From the NCBI GenBank assembly GCA_041662745.1, contig JBAZRV010000002.1, positions 21,785 to 85,784 of the forward strand: a stretch of 64,000 nt of DNA, read 5' to 3'. Numbering within the stretch: position 1 is the stretch's first letter; the number at the start of each line of letters is the position of its first letter. This document shows positions 61,078-64,000 of the stretch, piece by piece. The stretch is from Patescibacteria group bacterium. Its GTDB lineage: Bacteria > Patescibacteriota > Patescibacteriia > 2-01-FULL-39-33. Below the pieces are notes generated by a model. The model was given only the letters and a program-made list of their open reading frames with translations. It was not told the DNA's origin and did no database searches. Made by a program: the position numbers and the translations under genes.

Positions 61078-62142
61078 TTAAAAATTCTCATACAATCTTT
61101 CCGCTTCAGGAATAGCCGCAAACAGTTGATGCTGGAATTCTTCAATTACCCCGCGGATTTCCCACTGAGCATGGGAATCCAGCCGCAATTTGAATACCCG
61201 GAACCATTGCTCTAAATTGCCAGCCATGCAAATTTCCGAGGCTACGGCGTTGGGCAATATAAAGCGGGCGTCTTCCTTGAGTTTTTTGCCCTTCAATCCC
61301 ATTCGCTCCATTGAGCCAAGCAATTTTTGATACATTAGATTGCTTTCTTGCAATTGCGTCAAATATAGATCGCTCAATTCGGCTTCTACAATGGATGGCG
61401 GTACGATGAAATACCCGTTTTCAATGAAACCTCTTTCATCGCAATAACGTTGCGATTCTTGCGCGAAAGAAGAACGGCGATGGCGGACAAGCTGGTGGGT
61501 AAAGGCGCGGGAGCCGACAAAGCGAGCCGCGGCCCAATAATGCTTGAGTTTTTCTTGATCAGTCAAAGGCGACTCCGAGATATTATAAAAACCATGTTCC
61601 ACGCAATAGCAGTGCCAATAACAGAATTTTGATTTATTATCGTTTAAGATTTCTTGCTGGGCCCTATTCTCTATCTCGCCTTCTACGATTTCCGGATAGT
61701 GGACGGCTAAATCAAGATAAATGGCTATGCTTTCAATATAATCCCGATAGTCCAAAGAAATAGTCCGCAACAAATCGCGAAATGATCGGAAATTTCCACT
61801 GATTAGGAAATGCTTTTTCTCTTCCGTCACTTGAACGCAAGCCCCGGATTTTAACACCTCAATCAGCCATTCTTTTAAACGTTCGGAACCGGTTAATCGT
61901 TCGGAATCGGTTTTGGGGAGTTTGAAGGTCAGCCAGGAGAATTCTATCATGGCCTCGTGGCCGCTTTTGATCAGGGCGCCCACAAAGCGCCGAGCAGAGT
62001 CATCGCTGATTTTGTCTTGTGATTTATAGCAGGTTCGGCCGGCTAATTCCACTAATTTCAATTGATCAATCGGTTGTCCGGTCGCATCCAATAATTCCGG
62101 TTTGGCAGTCTTTACGGCTAAGAGCTTAACCGTGTTTTTCAT
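61078..62142 (-). CDS. thyX: Flavin-dependent thymidylate synthase, long form
   Basis: ThyX motif RHRRSSFAQESQRY; 354 aa. Confidence 0.75.
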   Translation of the reverse strand: MKNTVKLLAVKTAKPELLDATGQPIDQLKLVELAGRTCYKSQDKISDDSARRFVGALIKSGHEAMIEFSWLTFKLPKTDSERLTGSERLKEWLIEVLKSGACVQVTEEKKHFLISGNFRSFRDLLRTISLDYRDYIESIAIYLDLAVHYPEIVEGEIENRAQQEILNDNKSKFCYWHCYCVEHGFYNISESPLTDQEKLKHYWAAARFVGSRAFTHQLVRHRRSSFAQESQRYCDERGFIENGYFIVPPSIVEAELSDLYLTQLQESNLMYQKLLGSMERMGLKGKKLKEDARFILPNAVASEICMAGNLEQWFRVFKLRLDSHAQWEIRGVIEEFQHQLFAAIPEAERLYENF

Positions 62143-62144
62143 TT

Positions 62145-62870
62145 TTATGCTCCTTGATTTTTGCCGATTAAGGCATCTAAATGTTTTTTGATTCGTTCAA
62201 ACACTTCTTCTTTGGTGCCGATGCCATTAATCACTTTGACTCGCTCGGGTTCTTGCCGGGCGATTTGCTTATACATGTCTCTGGCGCGTTCAAAGAATTC
62301 TTTTCCGTACATCCGTTCAAAAAAAGCCAGCTTGTCGGGATGTTCCTGAGCCAATCGTTCCAGCATTGTGGCGATCGGAATGTCAATGAACAATGTCAGG
62401 TCGGGCTTGACGCCCTGCAAAGCAAAACGGTTGGCAGCGGCAATGAATTTGACTATGGCCGGATCGCCATTGGCGTGTCCGCCACCCTGGTAGGCCACGG
62501 AAGAGTCGCCCAAGCGATCGCATAAGACCGTCTTGCCGGCAGCCAGGGCCGGTTTGACGGCTTTATCCATGAATTCGGCGCGGCTGGCCAAGAACAAAAA
62601 CAATTCGCAGGCCATGGTGCGGGAAAAATCTTGATTTTCTGTCGGGGTCGTTTGGGCGGTATAATCATTATGCTTGGCAAGCGCTTGGTCAATGGCGGGA
62701 ATGGCTTCTTCCGGATTTTTCAGAAGTTTCCTGATGGCCTCGCCATAAAGCGTGCCCCCAGGTTCGCGCATGATTACCGGATCCAGGCCAAGATCTTGCA
62801 AATAAGCGGCGGTTTTTTTTGTTTGTACGCCCTTGCCGGCGCCTTCAATGCCCTCAAAAGAAATAATCAT
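62145..62870 (-). CDS. tmk: Thymidylate kinase
   Basis: P-loop FEGIEGAGKGVQ; DRY-like region; ATGA overlap with thyX. Confidence 0.85.
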   Translation of the reverse strand: MIISFEGIEGAGKGVQTKKTAAYLQDLGLDPVIMREPGGTLYGEAIRKLLKNPEEAIPAIDQALAKHNDYTAQTTPTENQDFSRTMACELFLFLASRAEFMDKAVKPALAAGKTVLCDRLGDSSVAYQGGGHANGDPAIVKFIAAANRFALQGVKPDLTLFIDIPIATMLERLAQEHPDKLAFFERMYGKEFFERARDMYKQIARQEPERVKVINGIGTKEEVFERIKKHLDALIGKNQGA

Positions 62871-63036
62871 ATTTTTCCTTTCCGGCTTCGCCTAAATCCA
62901 TTGGCTTAGGCGGTTTTGCCTTAGTTTTGCCTTAGTTTTGCAGTTAAAATCGTATTGTTAAGGTGCTAAATTGTTGGATAAATTTAACACACAAATACGA
63001 TTAAGTCAAAATTGACGATTATTGCGATAATACCTT

Positions 63037-63591
63037 CTATTTTTTGATGTTTTTCATCAGTTGTTCAACTTGTTGGAATAATTCCCGTTTAGTGCCATTG
63101 TTGTCCAGTTGGAATTTTGCCCGTTTGGCGATTTGCCGGATTTGTTGCTGAAGCGGAACCCGCGAGTCGCTAAGGAATTGCCGCCAGGTTTTGGTTTTAT
63201 CGTCTATGTTTTGCCGGCGGTTTTTCAGCCGGGCGAAACGAGTCTTAATTTCGCAGTCAATACCGACCAGATGGAATTCCGGCAGGGTCTTAAGATAAAC
63301 CATATCCGATTCCAGGCGGATATTGGGCAGAACCACTAATTTTGATTTGGTTTGTCTGACTTCATCGTAAATAACGCGCGACAGCAGATCTTGGCCGAAG
63401 ACTTGTCTTAAGTTCATACCCAAGTCATCCATATTTTTTCGGTTTATCGGCAGGTATAACCGATTCAGGATATCGCGCAACGGCTGAGAAAAACTGACGG
63501 TTTGCGATTTGTATTTTTTTTTCAGATAAGCGGCGACAGTGTCTTTGCCGGCCGCGATTTCTCCTACCAGGCCCAAAACGATTTTGTTCAT
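63037..63591 (-). CDS. P-loop nucleotide/nucleoside kinase (dNMP-kinase/CoaE-like)
   Basis: Walker A GLVGEIAAGKDT; ~184 aa; adjacent to tmk and thyX. Confidence 0.5.
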   Translation of the reverse strand: MNKIVLGLVGEIAAGKDTVAAYLKKKYKSQTVSFSQPLRDILNRLYLPINRKNMDDLGMNLRQVFGQDLLSRVIYDEVRQTKSKLVVLPNIRLESDMVYLKTLPEFHLVGIDCEIKTRFARLKNRRQNIDDKTKTWRQFLSDSRVPLQQQIRQIAKRAKFQLDNNGTKRELFQQVEQLMKNIKK

Positions 63592-63725
63592 AAATTATTG
63601 ATATTTGTTGTTTAATTAATTGTAGCAAGAATTTTTGAATTTTGGTATTTTAAAATATTCTTTATCTAAATTTAGGCAATATTTTAGTAAATTATGTTAA
63701 TTTTAACTATTTATATTGATTTTGT

Positions 63726-63754
63726 TTGACTTTATTATCTGTCCGTGCTATAAT
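63726..63754 (+). promoter_or_regulatory. Consensus sigma-70 promoter (TTGACT-17-TATAAT)
   Basis: Same architecture and leader length as the promoter at 57301. Confidence 0.5.
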
Positions 63755-63837
63755 TAAATGTCAGTTAGAAGCACCTTAAATCGTTTTTGACTTATTTTTG
63801 TTTTGCAAACCGTAAACCCGACTGAAAGGAGTGTGCC

Positions 63838-64000
63838 ATGCGCAACGCAAGAGTCATCATCGTTTTGTCAATCATTTATTGTTTCGTTTTCTCTTTCTCC
63901 TGTCTGGCCGACGTCTACCATGACGCCGATACGAATCAGGATAATGCGATTGATCTCAGCGAATTGCTCCGAGTCATCCAATTCTTCAATAGCGGCGGTT
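63838..64000 (+). CDS. Secreted protein, paralog of 57397-58335 (3' partial at window edge)
   Basis: Signal peptide plus VYHDADTNQDNAIDLSELLRVIQFFN, near-identical to the 57397 N-terminal motif. Confidence 0.5.
   Translation, partial: MRNARVIIVLSIIYCFVFSFSCLADVYHDADTNQDNAIDLSELLRVIQFFNSGG

Overview
The window is a 64 kb stretch of a low-GC (about 40-45%) bacterial chromosome. Mixed-strand housekeeping operons with short intergenic regions dominate it. Several traits fit a small-genome Patescibacteria/CPR-like lineage. These are a bacterial-type ProS lacking the editing (INS) domain next to a free-standing YbaK-like deacylase, a short AspRS paired with GatB, a DUF4012 protein beside GT2 glycosyltransferases, and a dense type IV pilus locus. 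This lineage assignment is an inference; a search of the housekeeping proteins (LigA, GyrB, TrpS, ProS) would test it. Core content in window order: pilC-pilin-pilD and four minor pilins; ligA; a polysaccharide locus (processive GT2, two further GT2, DUF4012); an mreB paralog; GT4; trpS; holB; frr; rseP; proS; mreBCD-PBP2; greA; gyrB; aspS; scpAB; dac; tpiA; fba; tRNA-Thr and tRNA-Tyr; miaA; gatB; thyX; tmk. From about 46.2 to 57.3 kb lies a mosaic region anchored on tRNA-Thr and tRNA-Tyr, and the most unusual content is concentrated there. It holds two tandem GC-rich structured elements of about 175 nt, each ending in a copy of the tRNA-Tyr 3' end and each followed by its own terminator. A DinD/Bro-N-like gene follows, then an AT-rich pair (polytopic membrane protein plus a modular Cys-rich secreted protein), then a GC-rich gene with a small membrane-anchored partner. 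That GC-rich gene has a distant GC-rich paralog at 32.3 kb. The region ends with a membrane-anchored HExxH protein and an IS481-family IS flanked by a target-site duplication. Other orphan units are a three-gene minus-strand operon at 21.4-22.5 kb with two tandem paralogs, and a two-gene minus-strand operon at 14.2-14.9 kb. No CRISPR array and no rRNA were seen.
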